Shown here: piece after piece, positions 52,044-64,000 of the stretch
Layout: each line of letters starts with the position of its first letter
Numbering within the stretch: position 1 is the first letter of the stretch
From: Chrysomallon squamiferum
Taxonomy: Eukaryota > Animalia > Mollusca
Assembly: GCA_012295275.1 (NCBI GenBank)
Contig: CM022672.1
Span: 20,522,001-20,586,000, forward strand
Direction: 5' to 3'
Length of the DNA: 64,000 nt
Made by a program: the position numbers and the translations under genes
Notes under the pieces: model-generated
Seen by the model: the letters and a program-made list of their open reading frames with translations, nothing else
What the model was told of the DNA's origin: nothing
Databases searched by the model: none

Positions 52044-53213
52044 TGCTTGTTTGTTTTTTCTGTACACTCACCACATTTTTCATCAGGACTGACTTCAGTG
52101 GTTTTTCGTCCAAACCCATCAACACACCAGCAGTAATCTCCAACACACTGCCTGGGTTCAAACAAGCCTTTAGTGCAGGTAGGCACAGGCACATCGGAAT
52201 GAGAATACAACATTTCCTCTCTGGCTTTGTCAGAATATTTCCTACAGGTTTCCATTTCGCAGAGTGTATGAGTCACTGAAAGAAAAATAACTGAAGCTAA
52301 CTCAAATTTTGTTTTTGCATTTTCTTCATTTTCTTCATATTTTCTTTATCTGTTTGTTAAATGTTATCATTATTTTTGGTCATGTTTTTGTAAAATAATT
52401 ATAAATACTCATACAAATGTTTTTTTTTTAAGAAATTGTTCTTAAAAGTAAAGAATTAGACAAAATTCTGTAATTTCAGTTAGATCTGTTGTCAAAATAA
52501 TAACAAAAAATTCTTTCTTACACTTCGACCTACTAAGTAAATAAAATAAAAAAAAAATTAAAATTTAAATTCTCTTTCACAAAAAAGAAAAATAAAACAT
52601 AGAAAAAAGAAAAGAAAAGAAAATAAAAGAAAAGAAAATTTCTTTTAAATTAAATTAAATTAAATTAAATTAAATAATTAAATATTTCAGATAGTTACCT
52701 TTGTTGCAGTCAGTGATTTTCTTTTTTGTCAGGAGGTCTACAAACTGGACGCGACAACTGCACGGGTCAACAGTGCACACAGCACATGGGTTGTTAGGAC
52801 AAGATACATCTGAGCATGACCGTGGGTCACACATAGGAGGAACTTGACCACTCGGACACACTGTCTTGGCTGAAGAAAGAAGGAGGCAGAAATAATTTAT
52901 ATGGTTAAGGACTGCTAGCATTATATGGGCTACTCTTTTAGTTTCTTTTTAGCAGCTAGACATCTTTTATTATGAATCTTCACCTACTTAGCAAAACAGA
53001 GGGTATGCTTGTGATGGTATTTAGCTCTCAGATGTGTTATCTAAGCATTAAACATTATTCCAGAAAACACTGGCAAGATTTTAAAACCATTTATTTATTA
53101 ACAACAGCAGTAATAATAAAAACAATAATAATAATATTAAAAAAAAAAAAAAAAAAATTTACCTGGACATTTCTCACTGGGTTCAGCTGTGAGAATAGAA
53201 CAAACATCATCTG

Positions 53214-53251
<38 letters not shown>

Positions 53252-53416
53252 ATTAGTTAACATAATAAATAAAAACACATGTCACTTCACTCCTTTTTTT
53301 TCCCCCATTTATCAGTTTGTTCTTTTTTATTGTTAAACTCTTTTCATCATTTAAGTTACATCAGCTGTTTTTGTTTTTCATAATTATTAAACTCTTTTCA
53401 TCTTTTAAGTTACATC

Positions 53417-53448
<32 letters not shown>

Positions 53449-54918
53449 CATTATTATTAAACTCTTTTCATCCTTTAAGTTACATCAATTTTTTTTTTTT
53501 TTTTTTTTTATTATTACACTTTTTTCATCATTTAGGTAACATCATCTTCGGTACAGCCCATTTCAGAAATTCAGACCATACATCTCAGACTGATTTAAAA
53601 TATCTAGTACCTCCACAGGTGACCCATTTCCCATTCTGGACAAAGCTCACATCACAGTGGTCATCACACAAATCAACAACACATGATGCATGTGGGTGGC
53701 CTGGACAAACTTCCTTTAGACACGAATTCAAACATTTCAGGTTGGGTGTCTTACCATTCGGACAGTTAGCTGAAGATCAAATAATATTTCTCGTCAGTTT
53801 GTTTGTTTTATGTAAATGTGTATTTAATTGTTGATTTTTCTGTGTGTTTCTTTGTTGGCCTGATTATATGTTTATTGGTTGGTTTCTGTATGTATGTCTT
53901 GGTTTGTTGGTTTGTTTAGGTATTTGTAGTATTTATTTCAAATAAAAAAATTTATATTGTTCAGTCATTATTTATTTATTTATTTATTTATTTGAATTCT
54001 GATATATATAAAATTAAAAATATATTTTTAAACTAATTTTTAAAAAATGACTGAATATTTATTTTTTTTATCTGATAATTATTTTCAAAATATATTCATA
54101 AACAATTATATTTTAAATATAATTATAGACAAAATTTTCTGGATTATAAAAATGACTAATCATAAATAAATAAAAATGGGTATAAAAATTAAGTAATTTA
54201 ACAACTGAAATCGCTAATAATAAAAAAAACTTATTAAAATTCAGGTGATAATCCAAAAAGATATAAAAAAAAAAAAAAAAAAATATTCTTTTTAGATTAC
54301 TGTCAGTAGATTTAAGTAGATTTTCAATTATAATTTTTCCCCCACACTCTTTGCTAAGTTTAAAGCATAAAGATATAATACATGATTATGTTCAGAGACA
54401 GCATAATATATTATTTTTTTTCCATGTACCAGGAAATTTAATTCAATGAACTGAACAAAACCCCGAAAGGCTGAGTAAACACATTTTCACCCGTTGAATA
54501 CTCAATCCATTCATAATATTTGCAGTTGATATGAAATGAAGATGAAATGGATTCCTACCTCCAGCCATCCACAAAAGATTTTATTTCGCTCATTTTATTA
54601 GAAGTAAGTATTGCACTTCATGCATGAGTAAACTAATGAAATGGAAGTAAACCTCACAGAATAAATTAACTTACCTATTTTAGAATCTTCATCCATTTTA
54701 TATTTACCTGTATGCAAAAAATATTTTTTAAATAATTATAATTCATAATTATCATCAGTTCAATTTAATTTAAAGATTATAAACAACAACAATAAGCAAA
54801 CAACTTAAGTTCTTTATAATTATAATAATAAATTTTCATTAACCTTAAAATAAACCAAACTGAATTTTAATAATTTACATATTTTTTAATCAAAATGTAA
54901 ATATATATATTTTTGGTG

Positions 54919-54950
<32 letters not shown>

Positions 54951-55403
54951 TTATTTTTTTTTTTTTTTTTATTTGATAAATAAAAGATTTTAATGAAACA
55001 AAATAAATAAATAGCAGTAACAACAACAGCAACTACATGTAATTACTTAATTACTGATAAATAAAGTAATATGCATCTTTTTTTCTCAAGACTTGTTTTT
55101 ACAAAGCAAGAGTAATAAATTAATATTTCAAACCATTGTCATCGCAAACAAGACTGAATCCCTTGGACACACTTCCTTCAACAGGGACGCCATCTTTTGA
55201 AACACACCAGCAGTAACCTTGGTGACACTGTCGCAATGCAAACTGGTCTCTGTTGCACTGTGGTTCATACACTCCACCAAAGTAGAAGTTAGAAATGAAT
55301 CCTGAAAGGACAATTAAAATATTTATTTAAAAATTTAAACAGTATTACTATAAAACAAATTTGTTAAGAAGATTGTAATTAAAATATTTAAATTTGGATA
55401 TAC

Positions 55404-55477
<74 letters not shown>

Positions 55478-58400
55478 CATAGCAACAATAACAATACTAA
55501 TATGAAGAAGAAGAAGAAGAAGAAGAAAAAAAAAAAAAAGAAATTAGCTGAGTAAATAAATATAATTAATGTTAGTATCATTGTTAAAAACTAATTAAGA
55601 CACTTTAAATTTTGAAATACTGTAACAATATATATATATATAAAATAACTAATTAAGACACTTTAAAATTTAAAATACTGTAAAAATGTAAACAAATATA
55701 AAATAATAAAAGTATATATATATAAAATAAACTAGCATCATTGTTAAAAGGCCACATATCAATTTAAATTAAATATATCAATTTCAAAACAATTGTTTAT
55801 TATATTATATTATGTTATTATTATATTATATTAATCATATCATTTCATATTATGTATTATATTATATTATATTATATTATATTATATTATATTATATTAT
55901 ATTATATTATATTATATTATATTATATTATATTATATTATATTATATTATGTATTTAATCAAAGAATAGATGTTTAATCAGATTTAAATGCACATACTTT
56001 TGCAGACAGGGTGAACATTGCATTTTCCATTACTACACGATTCATCTTCAGACAGCACACATTTTTCATCACTCTTGCATTTGTATATCTGAACAATTTA
56101 AAAAATATTTTAATTATTTTAAACTGGCAGTGCAAAAATACTTGAAAATGACCGCTCTTATAAAATATAAATTGAAAATACCAAAAATACAACAGTGCAA
56201 CTGGAATATGATGCTAATGATTTTTAATAATAATAATAACAACAGCACAGTGCAATAATATATATATATTCTTATAATTAGCAAAGTAATGATAATGATC
56301 ATGATAATAAATAAATAAACAAATGAAAGGTTTGCAAAGATGAGTGTTATTTAATATGACAGCCTTAAAGCATCAAATTATAAATAAATATAATAATAAA
56401 GTAACAAAGTATTATTATATAAAAATACAAATGATTAAGTAAATACTTCTTTTTATGGGAATGCTTTTATCAAAATGCACATACTTTTTCTCATTATATA
56501 TTCCTAAATTCTGCACACACAGATTTATTTTATAATATTAAAAATAATTTAGAGTCTAGCAGCAAAAAGAGAACCATTTTTTTATCTCTATTACAGCAAG
56601 TGAATATATAATAATCTACATAAATAAAAACAATTCATTTTTTGGGGGGAATTTAGAAAAGTAACATAATCAATGATGGCTGCCATAGAATTAACTTATT
56701 CATAAATATATTGTGTGAAACAGAAGGGACAGAATTCTGTTTTTATGTGGTTTCCCATATAAGGAATCTGATTATACCATCATTTACTTTATTTATATGA
56801 CAGAGATGAATAACCAGCAATAAAAACCAATAAGCAAACTAGAACTGACAAAAAGTATTAGCATAAATTTGTATGTTCATTGTAAAGTTCTTACCTCACA
56901 GGGACTTGCTTTTTTATTGCCTGAAAATAAACAAGTATATTTAATTATAATTTTTATATAAATAAATAACAGTTTATAAACAACTGAAAAAATAATATGC
57001 AAATTATTTCAGTAATAATTAGTAAAAATGTTTTTATAATGTTTTTGTATAAATATTTATCTAATAATTTGAAAAATGTTTAAAAGCCAACAAATATTTC
57101 AGTAATAAGTAATATAAAAATTTAAAATCTTATAAATGTTTCAATAATAATATGAAAAATATTTAGAATTTTATGAATATTTAAATAATAGTTTTAAAAT
57201 GTTTAAAATCCCATAACTATCTGAATAATGAATAAAACACACTAATAAAAAAGCTACTAAATATTTGTAAAAGGTTTAAAATGTAATAAATTTGGTACTA
57301 ACTTGTTTAAATTTTAAAATGTTATACATATATCAATAATAATAATAATAATTAGCAAAAACAAATTTTGGGAATAATGTATAACTTTTTTTCAGAGATT
57401 TAATAAATATTTTAACAATATTTATTAGTGAAAATATAATAAATATTTAAATAATTGATAAAAACAATAAAAGCAACAAACATTTTAATAATAAAAAGTT
57501 GGAGATCCTATAAATACTGCAATTATAATTTGCAAACATTTTCAGATATGATAAATAATTAAATATACAGTTAATTCTAATAATTCACATTCAGTATTTT
57601 ATTTATTTATGTTTTTTCTAACTGACTGATTTATTTATTCATTCATTAATTAATTCATTTATTTAATTATTTATTTACTTACCTTATACATATTCTTTAA
57701 CTTATTTATTTACTTTTTTACCTATACTTGTATTTTTATTGTTTATAAAATTTTATCTATTTATTTATTTATTTATTTATAATTACTATTGTGGTTGTTG
57801 TTATTATTTGTTTCTTTGCTAAGACTTATAACCACTCATACATTAACAAAACCCATGAACTAGTAAATGAAAAACAAAGTGACCCAGTCTTTGTAATTAC
57901 TTCTAAATACACTCACAATTGCTGTAACATGATTCTGCTGTTTCAAATTTATTTCCATTTGTTTCACATCCTCCGTAGATAAACATTTCACACCTCTGTG
58001 ATGTGGCATTGTAAAACCATGATGGTATGTATGCCCTGCACCTGCCAGTGAATGCTGGTTGTAGACAAACTGCAGGTATTTCTTGCACATCTGATAATAA
58101 TAATAAAAAAAACAACATTATTGTCTTTGAGCATTTCTTCACCAACTCCAAATTAGAAATTAAATATTGTGATCACATGAAAGTCCTTTTATGAACAGCG
58201 AAACAATACTGAATTAATTTATCAGTAACTGATTTGTGAATTTGTTAAGAATATTTTATCATCTGGTTGTCAAATAATGCTTTTTATACTATATTGAAAT
58301 AAATTATGAGTAAAGATGTGAATTTTTAACCTAAAATCATGAGTAAGTTTGTTCTGAATTTCTTGAGTATTTTTTATCATCCACAAATATTACTAGTAAA

Positions 58401-59927
58401 ACTATACTGTATTAAATTATGAGTTCGTGTTTTGTGAATTTCTTACATATTTTGTATCACCCATCTTATACATTATTATTAAAACTGTAGTGAATTAAGT
58501 TATTATGAGTAAGTGTAGTTGTGAATTCATCACACAAGCATGTACAATATTTATTTTCAGCAAAGATTTACTTCATGCATTAATTATCTGTTAATTATAA
58601 AAATTGATTCTGCAGTACATACATTTTAAATTAGTATCACAAGTGTAAGTGGCTTAATACTTGAGTATCTAATATGCCTCTGCCGATGTTAATAATACAA
58701 TGAGATTAAAAATATTGACAACTAATAAATAAAGGTAGCAACCTGAAGATGAATGAAGAGAACTGCTGTCGGCTGAGGACTTGGGTTTCAGAGGCATCCT
58801 GTTGATAGCATGCTGCAGACGATATGTGTGAGCTACATTCTTATCCTTCTGACATTTTGACAGACCTACAGAATAAAACAGAAAGAAAATAAAGAAGAAA
58901 TAATATATTTAAATATTGATAGTTATTGACTTAACAATTTTATGATTTTTGCATAATAATAAAATGACAAACAAGATCTGAAACTGCTGGAGTTCTGTTA
59001 TATATTAGCAGCAAGGAACCTTTTATATACACCTTCCCATAAACAGGAAAAAATGCAAATCATAACTTTAGATCTTATGTTAACACTTTGAATTCTCCTA
59101 TAAAGTCTAAAACAGACAAAAATAGATAAAACAGGTTTGTGTGAGAAAACTGCAAAAGTCTGTATTTAACTCACAGATGAGGAATTTATTATTTGTTTGT
59201 TTAATTAATTAATTTAATTTAATTTAATTTAATTTTACTTTACTTTAACTTACTTTATTTATTTATTTTTTGACTTACAGAATAATAATAACAAAAAATA
59301 CTGCTTTTCTGGATAGATCAATAAAAAAAAGAAAAATATTTTAATTCTAATTAATTCAGGTTATACAAATTAGGCAAAATATTTTACATTAATGCCATCA
59401 CAGAAAAACCTTCAGAAGTTTTACACTGAATTTCACTCTGTTCATAGAAAAACCTTTGGAAGTTATACAGTGAATTTCACTCCGTTCACAGAAAAACCTT
59501 TACAAGTTATACACTGAATTTCACTCTGTTCACAGAAAAACCTTCAGAAGTTATACACTGAACTTCACTCTGTTCACAGAAAAACCTTCAGAAGTTATAC
59601 ACTGAACTTCACTCTGTTCACAGAAAACCTTCAGAAGTTATACACTGAACTTCACTCTGTTCATAGAAAAACCTTCAGAAGTTCTACACTGAACTTCACT
59701 CTGTAAGGTTATTGCTACAGAAATGAAAACTCACCTTCGCTGCAGTTAACGATGTTGTTGTCATGGTCACGGAATTCCACTCGACAGCCTCCACATGGGT
59801 TAATGCGTGAAACAGCTGATGGTTGAGCAGGACAAGATTTCAGGTGACTCATTGAAGCATTGCAGCAATGTACTGCAACTCCTTTGGGGCATACTGTAAA
59901 TATTGAAATGACATTGTTATTGCTGTC

Positions 59928-59966
<39 letters not shown>

Positions 59967-62418
59967 GTTGCTGTTGTTGTTCTTGTTGTCATCATTATTA
60001 CTATATCAATTATTATTATTATTATGATTATTATTATTATCATCATCATTTCTTTAGGGGTTTTCTGTTTGTTTCATAATACTTTTTTTATGTATTTTTG
60101 GTTTCTTTTAAATTCTTTCACAAGATTTAAAATTTATTTCAAAATTGAATCAGGAAAATTAAAATAATTATTACCTAGATATTGTGTTTGAACAGAATAT
60201 TATGTTTTTTCATTATTGTTTAATATTTTAAAACAATTTTTTAATTTAAAAAAAATATATAAATAAATGAATAAAATAACAAGAAGAAAATTGGAAATGA
60301 TAAACAGTTATATAAATATTGAAAAAGAAAATAAATTTACTTTCAAAATTGTCCTTGATGACATTTGGTTCATTCACAGGTGAATAGTGATCTGGTGCTG
60401 AAAAAGAAAATAGAAAATCACACAAGTTTTGACACTGAGCTAAACACCAGCATAGGGTTACTTTATTGTACAGTACCACCATCACTAGTCTGGTAAGAGA
60501 AATATATTTCAATCACTAATTTACTGCTTTGTCAGTAATCTTTTGACAGGTTCAGAAACAAATGTGGTTGAAAATAATCTTGTTTAATTACTCTAATCAG
60601 TAATCTAATTCAGTACCCAGTCTGGCAAGAGTTATCTGGTTCAGTCACTAATCTGGCATCAGCATCCAAATCAGTCACTAATCTGGCATCAGTAATCCAG
60701 TTCAGTCAGTAATCTGGCATCAGTAATCCAGTTCAGTCATTAATCTGGCATCAGTAATCCAGTTCAGTCATTAATCTGATATCAGTAATCCAGTTCAGTC
60801 ACTAATCTGGCATCAGTAATCCAGTTCAGTCACTAATCTGGCATCAGTAATCCCTTCCCATATCTAAATTGTCACAACTTAGCATGAGTAATATGAATGT
60901 GCAGTTCCCAAATCTCTTTATTTATTTAATTTATTTAATTTTTTAATGTGCTATTTTTAGTCAGACTATTATGTCAAAACATTTAAATAAATTATCAGTA
61001 ACTGGAAAAACAAAAGTGTAAATGTACAATAGAAAAAGTTATGATTTGTGCTATCTATAATGTTGAAAGTTTTATACTTATATTGTATTTATCTGTAATG
61101 TTAATTTTACAATTACATATTGAACCTATTTCTAATGTCAAATTTTGTAAATATCTGTAATGTTGACAGTTTTACAGTTACCTTTTGTAAATATCTGTAA
61201 TGTTGACAATTTTACAGACAAATTTTTCAAATAATTGTAACGTTAACAGTTTTACAGTTAAATTTGGTAAATATCTGCAATGTTAAATTTTGTAACTTAC
61301 TTTTGTCACAGTTAGCAACACCTCTGGTTTTGGTGCCTGGGATCATTGTTCCATATTTGTCCACACACCAGCAGATTCCTAGAGCATCCTGACACTGTTG
61401 TTTTTTCCAGCTTCCATCCTTGTTACATCTGGGGAAAAAAAAAAAAAAAAAAAAAAAATTCAGTGACTTATCAACACATTATTTCTAGTATGAAGTACTT
61501 AAACAATGAGATGTATAAAAACTGGAACGATAAAATCTGGTATGTACCCTTTTCTTTATATTCATATAAGTAATTATCAGCAAGCAGTATTTGAAGCTTT
61601 AGCAATCCCAGTAAACTGGGTTTTTATATTATGACAGAATATCTGGTTATCTATGTTTTGGTGGGTTTTTTCAGTCCAGTATGATTCCTGGATATCATCT
61701 ATTTCTGTCATAGTTCAAATTTTTGTCATTAATCTAGGATATCCTTCTTGTCATTGAAAAGATTACAAGACATATTTATAGTATATCTGTTAAATGGATA
61801 CAATGATAAGTAAGTACAGTATTATGGTGTAGAAATATTTATATTTCGTACACTCCTGGGGACTGTCTACTTCTAATTTCTTAGTTTAACCCACCTTCCT
61901 GCTAAACTGAATAGATGAATAATATTTAAGTTTTGCTGTGTAGAAATATTTGTATTTTTACCACATATTTTACACCCACCCTGATAGATTAGATGTTAAC
62001 TAAGCTGAACAGATAGGTAGTATTTAAAAACTTATATTAAATACACCTGGGTATTTTCTGTATTTTCCACTTAGCCTAAGTTATATCCACCACCTTAGTA
62101 AAGAGATTAAACTAAACAAAATGAGTAGTTAATGTGTAAGTTTTACAGAGTAGGCATATTTTTATTTTATGCCACCTCACTTATGCCCACCCTGATAATG
62201 AAGACATTAACTCAGATGAGTTTGTAGATAAGTTTTTTATTTGTATTTCATACACACCTTGGTATTGCTGCTATGTTGCAGGTACCCGTTTCCAAATACA
62301 TTAGTTTGGAAGCAGTTTCCTTGGCCTCAAAACAGTTGTATTTTGAATCAGCTGGAATAGGATTAAAAAAAAAAAAAAATTATTATGTTATTAAAAAAGA
62401 AAGACTAAATTATTATTT

Positions 62419-62464
<46 letters not shown>

Positions 62465-63066
62465 ATAACACAACTAAATTGTAATGTTATTAATAAAGAA
62501 AGATTAAATTATTATGCTATTAGAAAAAGAAAATTAAGGGAAACCTTGACTGAACTACATCATAAATAAATATTATTTATTTATTTGTTTTGTTCATTTG
62601 TTTTTATTATTTTATTATTTATGGATTATTTTATTTATTCATTTATTACCAGTTCACACAGTTAGAAATAAATAAAGTGAATATATAATATACAGGTTTT
62701 TTTGTTATTTTTTTCTTTAACTTTGGGTAAATAACAAAAAAAAAAAATCCCTCCCAAAACAAAACAATTTTTTTTCAATAAAACAGACATAAAACAAACA
62801 AACAAAAAAAAAAAAAGAATGAGAAAAAGAAAACTAAAAAACAAACAAATAAAACTTACTTTGTAGATTAACAAAACTAACAAATTTATTTTCTGGATAA
62901 ATATAAGTAACACACTTACTTTCTGGATAAGGACTTGTGCATTTTTTGCTACATCCATTAAAACAACATGTCTGTCTGCCATGACAGTCAGCATCCCCTT
63001 CACAGTCTTTAGAACAACTTGCAAAATAGTTCTTAGGCTTAGGACATCGGCCTCTCTTGCATCGAG
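47532..63066 (-). CDS. Mosaic type I membrane protein (5' truncated by window): WAP, 3x thyroglobulin type-1, Kunitz, follistatin-N-like, 3x Cys-rich repeat, SEA, TM
   Basis: Exons (minus strand): 62920-63066, 62258-62351, 61301-61428, 60341-60397, 59735-59893, 58743-58865, 57917-58090, 56895-56920, 55998-56088, 55134-55301, 54675-54707, 53611-53769, 53163-53210, 52699-52869, 52072-52275, 51512-51599, 51080-51137, 50225-50320, 49508-49723, 48923-48988, 47532-47639. All introns are GT-AG with matching phases, giving about 803 aa of open frame. Three CWCV motifs, a Kunitz F.YGGC..N.N.F motif, the WAP Cys pattern, FKEGSII and one TM helix. Confidence 0.88.
47670..48490. repeat. Extremely T/A-rich low-complexity tract ((TTTA)n-derived) filling much of the last intron of the mosaic gene
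   Basis: About 800 bp with almost no G or C. Confidence 0.85.
49508..51599 (-). CDS. SEA-like domain and transmembrane helix exons
   Basis: VSVTAKIKFNQPFSRI...FEEEVRKALEKF...SIVFKEGSIICVITF... matches the SEA beta-alpha pattern with an F.xGS(V/I)(V/I) motif. It is followed by the TM helix LSLTVVIILATVGSFAGFLIIFGIAY. Confidence 0.72.
53325..53545. repeat. Tandem repeat of about 55-70 bp with a variable poly-T tract
   Basis: TTAAACTCTTTTCATC.TTTAAGTTACATCA(T)n, about 4 copies. Confidence 0.75.
55855..55950. repeat. (ATATT)n pentanucleotide microsatellite
   Basis: Direct reading. Confidence 0.9.
57917..58090 (-). CDS. Kunitz/BPTI protease inhibitor domain exon (P1 Arg)
   Basis: VCLQPAFTGRCRAYIPSWFYNATSQRCEMFIYGGCETNGNKFETAESCYSN(C). 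The last Cys codon is split across the intron (T|GC). Confidence 0.93.
58985..59047 (+). repeat. Probable short fragment of an interspersed (SINE-like) repeat
   Basis: ATTAGCAGCAAGGAACCTTTTATATACACCTTCCCATAAACAGGA resembles, from memory only, an abundant gastropod interspersed repeat. A possibly related fragment lies on the minus strand at about 35492-35512. Confidence 0.35.
59399..59703. repeat. Minisatellite, 44-bp unit (CACAGAAAAACCTTCAGAAGTTATACACTGAACTTCACTCTGTT), about 7 copies
   Basis: Near-identical tandem copies with no spacers. Confidence 0.92.
60638..60852. repeat. Minisatellite, 31-bp unit (TTCAGTCACTAATCTGGCATCAGTAATCCAG), about 7 copies
   Basis: Near-identical tandem copies. 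Confidence 0.92.
61085..61290. repeat. Degenerate tandem repeat of about 38-40 bp
   Basis: AAATATCTGTAATGTTGACA(G)TTTTACAG recurs about 5 times next to an exon donor. Confidence 0.7.
62920..63066 (-). CDS. WAP four-disulfide-core domain exon
   Basis: RCKRGRCPKPKNYFASCSKDCEGDADCHGRQTCCFNGCSKKCTSP matches K.G.CP...C...C..D.DC.....CC..GC...C..P. Confidence 0.9.
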
Positions 63067-63071
63067 CTGAA

Positions 63072-63410
63072 AATACAATATTTTAAATAGACATAAAAAT
63101 ATGTAATATTTTAAATAGACATAAAAATATAATATTTTAAATAGACATAAAATATAACATTTCAAATAGACATTAAAATATGTAATATTTTAAAGAGACA
63201 AAAAATATAATATTTTAAATAGACATGAAAATATAACATTTCAAATAGACATTAAAATATGTAATATTTTAAAGAGACAAAAAATATATTTTAAATAGAC
63301 ATAAAAATATTTTCAAATAGACATAAAAATATGTAATATTTTAAACAGACAAAAATAAAAATAAATAACATAAAAAATATAATATTTCAAATAGACATTA
63401 AAAAATAATA
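63072..63410. repeat. AT-rich tandem repeat, unit about 26-28 bp (AATATTTTAAATAGACATAAAAATATGT)
   Basis: About 12 degenerate copies directly at the WAP exon acceptor. Confidence 0.8.
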
Positions 63411-63534
63411 TATTAAATATATTTTATTTTTTTATTTTTTTATTTATCAATCTGTTTAGGCCATCATAATTCATGTTATTCTTATTATATTGTTATTATT
63501 CTACTACTACTACTACTATTAGAGTTATTATTAT

Positions 63535-64000
63535 TAGTAATAGTAGTAGTAGAAGTAACAGTAGTAGTAGTAGTAATAGTAGTGGTAGTAGAAATAAAGG
63601 TGGTACAAGCAGCAGTGGCAGTAGCAGTAGTAATGGTAGTAGTAGTACTAATAGTAATGGTAGTAGAAGTAATAGTAGTACTGGTATTAGCAGTAGCAGT
63701 AGTAATGATAGTAGTAGTACTAATAGTAATGGTAGTAGAAGTAATAGTAGTACTGGTAGTAGCAGTAGTAGTAATGGTAGTAGTAGTACTAATAGTAATG
63801 GTAGTAGAAGTAATAGTAGTACTGGTGGTAGTAGTAGTAATGATAGTAGTAGTACTAATAGTAAATGGTAGTAGAAGCAATAGTAGTAACTGGTATTAGC
63901 AGTAGTAATGATAGTAGTAGTACTAATAGTAGTAATGGTAGTAGAAGTAATAGTAGTACTGGTATTAGCAGTAGCAGTAGTAATGATAGTAGTAGTACTA
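63535..64000. repeat. (AGT)n-derived compound minisatellite, higher-order unit about 65-70 bp
   Basis: GTAGTAGTACTAATAGTAATGGTAGTAGAAGTAATAGTAGTACTGGT recurs at least 5 times. Confidence 0.85.

Noticed and set aside
53163-53210. DDVCSILTAEPSEKCP as a truncated second Kunitz domain
   Set aside because: The Cys spacing (10 residues) differs from Kunitz (8) and no other Kunitz residues follow, so I treated it as a linker exon.
59399-59703. CRISPR-like look of the 44-bp repeats (and the 31-bp array at 60638-60852)
   Set aside because: The units are contiguous with no unique spacers, there are no cas genes, and they sit in eukaryotic introns, so they are minisatellites.
63473-63899. Ser/Thr-rich mucin-like ORFs on both strands
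   Set aside because: They are translations of an (AGT)n-derived repeat open in several frames, with no convincing splice sites seen. A Thr-rich mucin exon of the mosaic gene cannot be fully excluded without RNA-seq.

Overview
Eukaryotic (metazoan) genomic DNA that is very AT-rich, dense in microsatellites and full of GT-AG introns. An invertebrate, probably a mollusc, is my inference. Most ORFs in the supplied track are repeat artefacts. Manual splicing gives five genes. (1) LMF1, lipase maturation factor 1: minus strand, 11 coding exons including an 11-nt microexon, about 585 aa. (2) A TspanC8-type tetraspanin on the plus strand with two duplicated alternative first coding exons. (3) A paralogous TspanC8 tetraspanin on the minus strand, tail-to-tail with gene 2. 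(4) A class A GPCR with an intronless CDS that resembles FFAR4/GPR120. (5) The 3' part (21 exons, about 800 aa, 5' end outside the window) of a mosaic type I membrane protein: WAP - thyroglobulin type-1 (Tg1) - Cys-rich repeat - Tg1 split by a nested Kunitz plus follistatin-N-like cassette - two Cys-rich repeats - Tg1 - SEA (GSII motif) - TM - tail with NxxY and PDZ-type motifs. Gene 5 is the most unusual item. The window also holds a hAT MITE, a Tc1/mariner MITE and several minisatellites. All coordinates were read by eye and may be off by a base or two.
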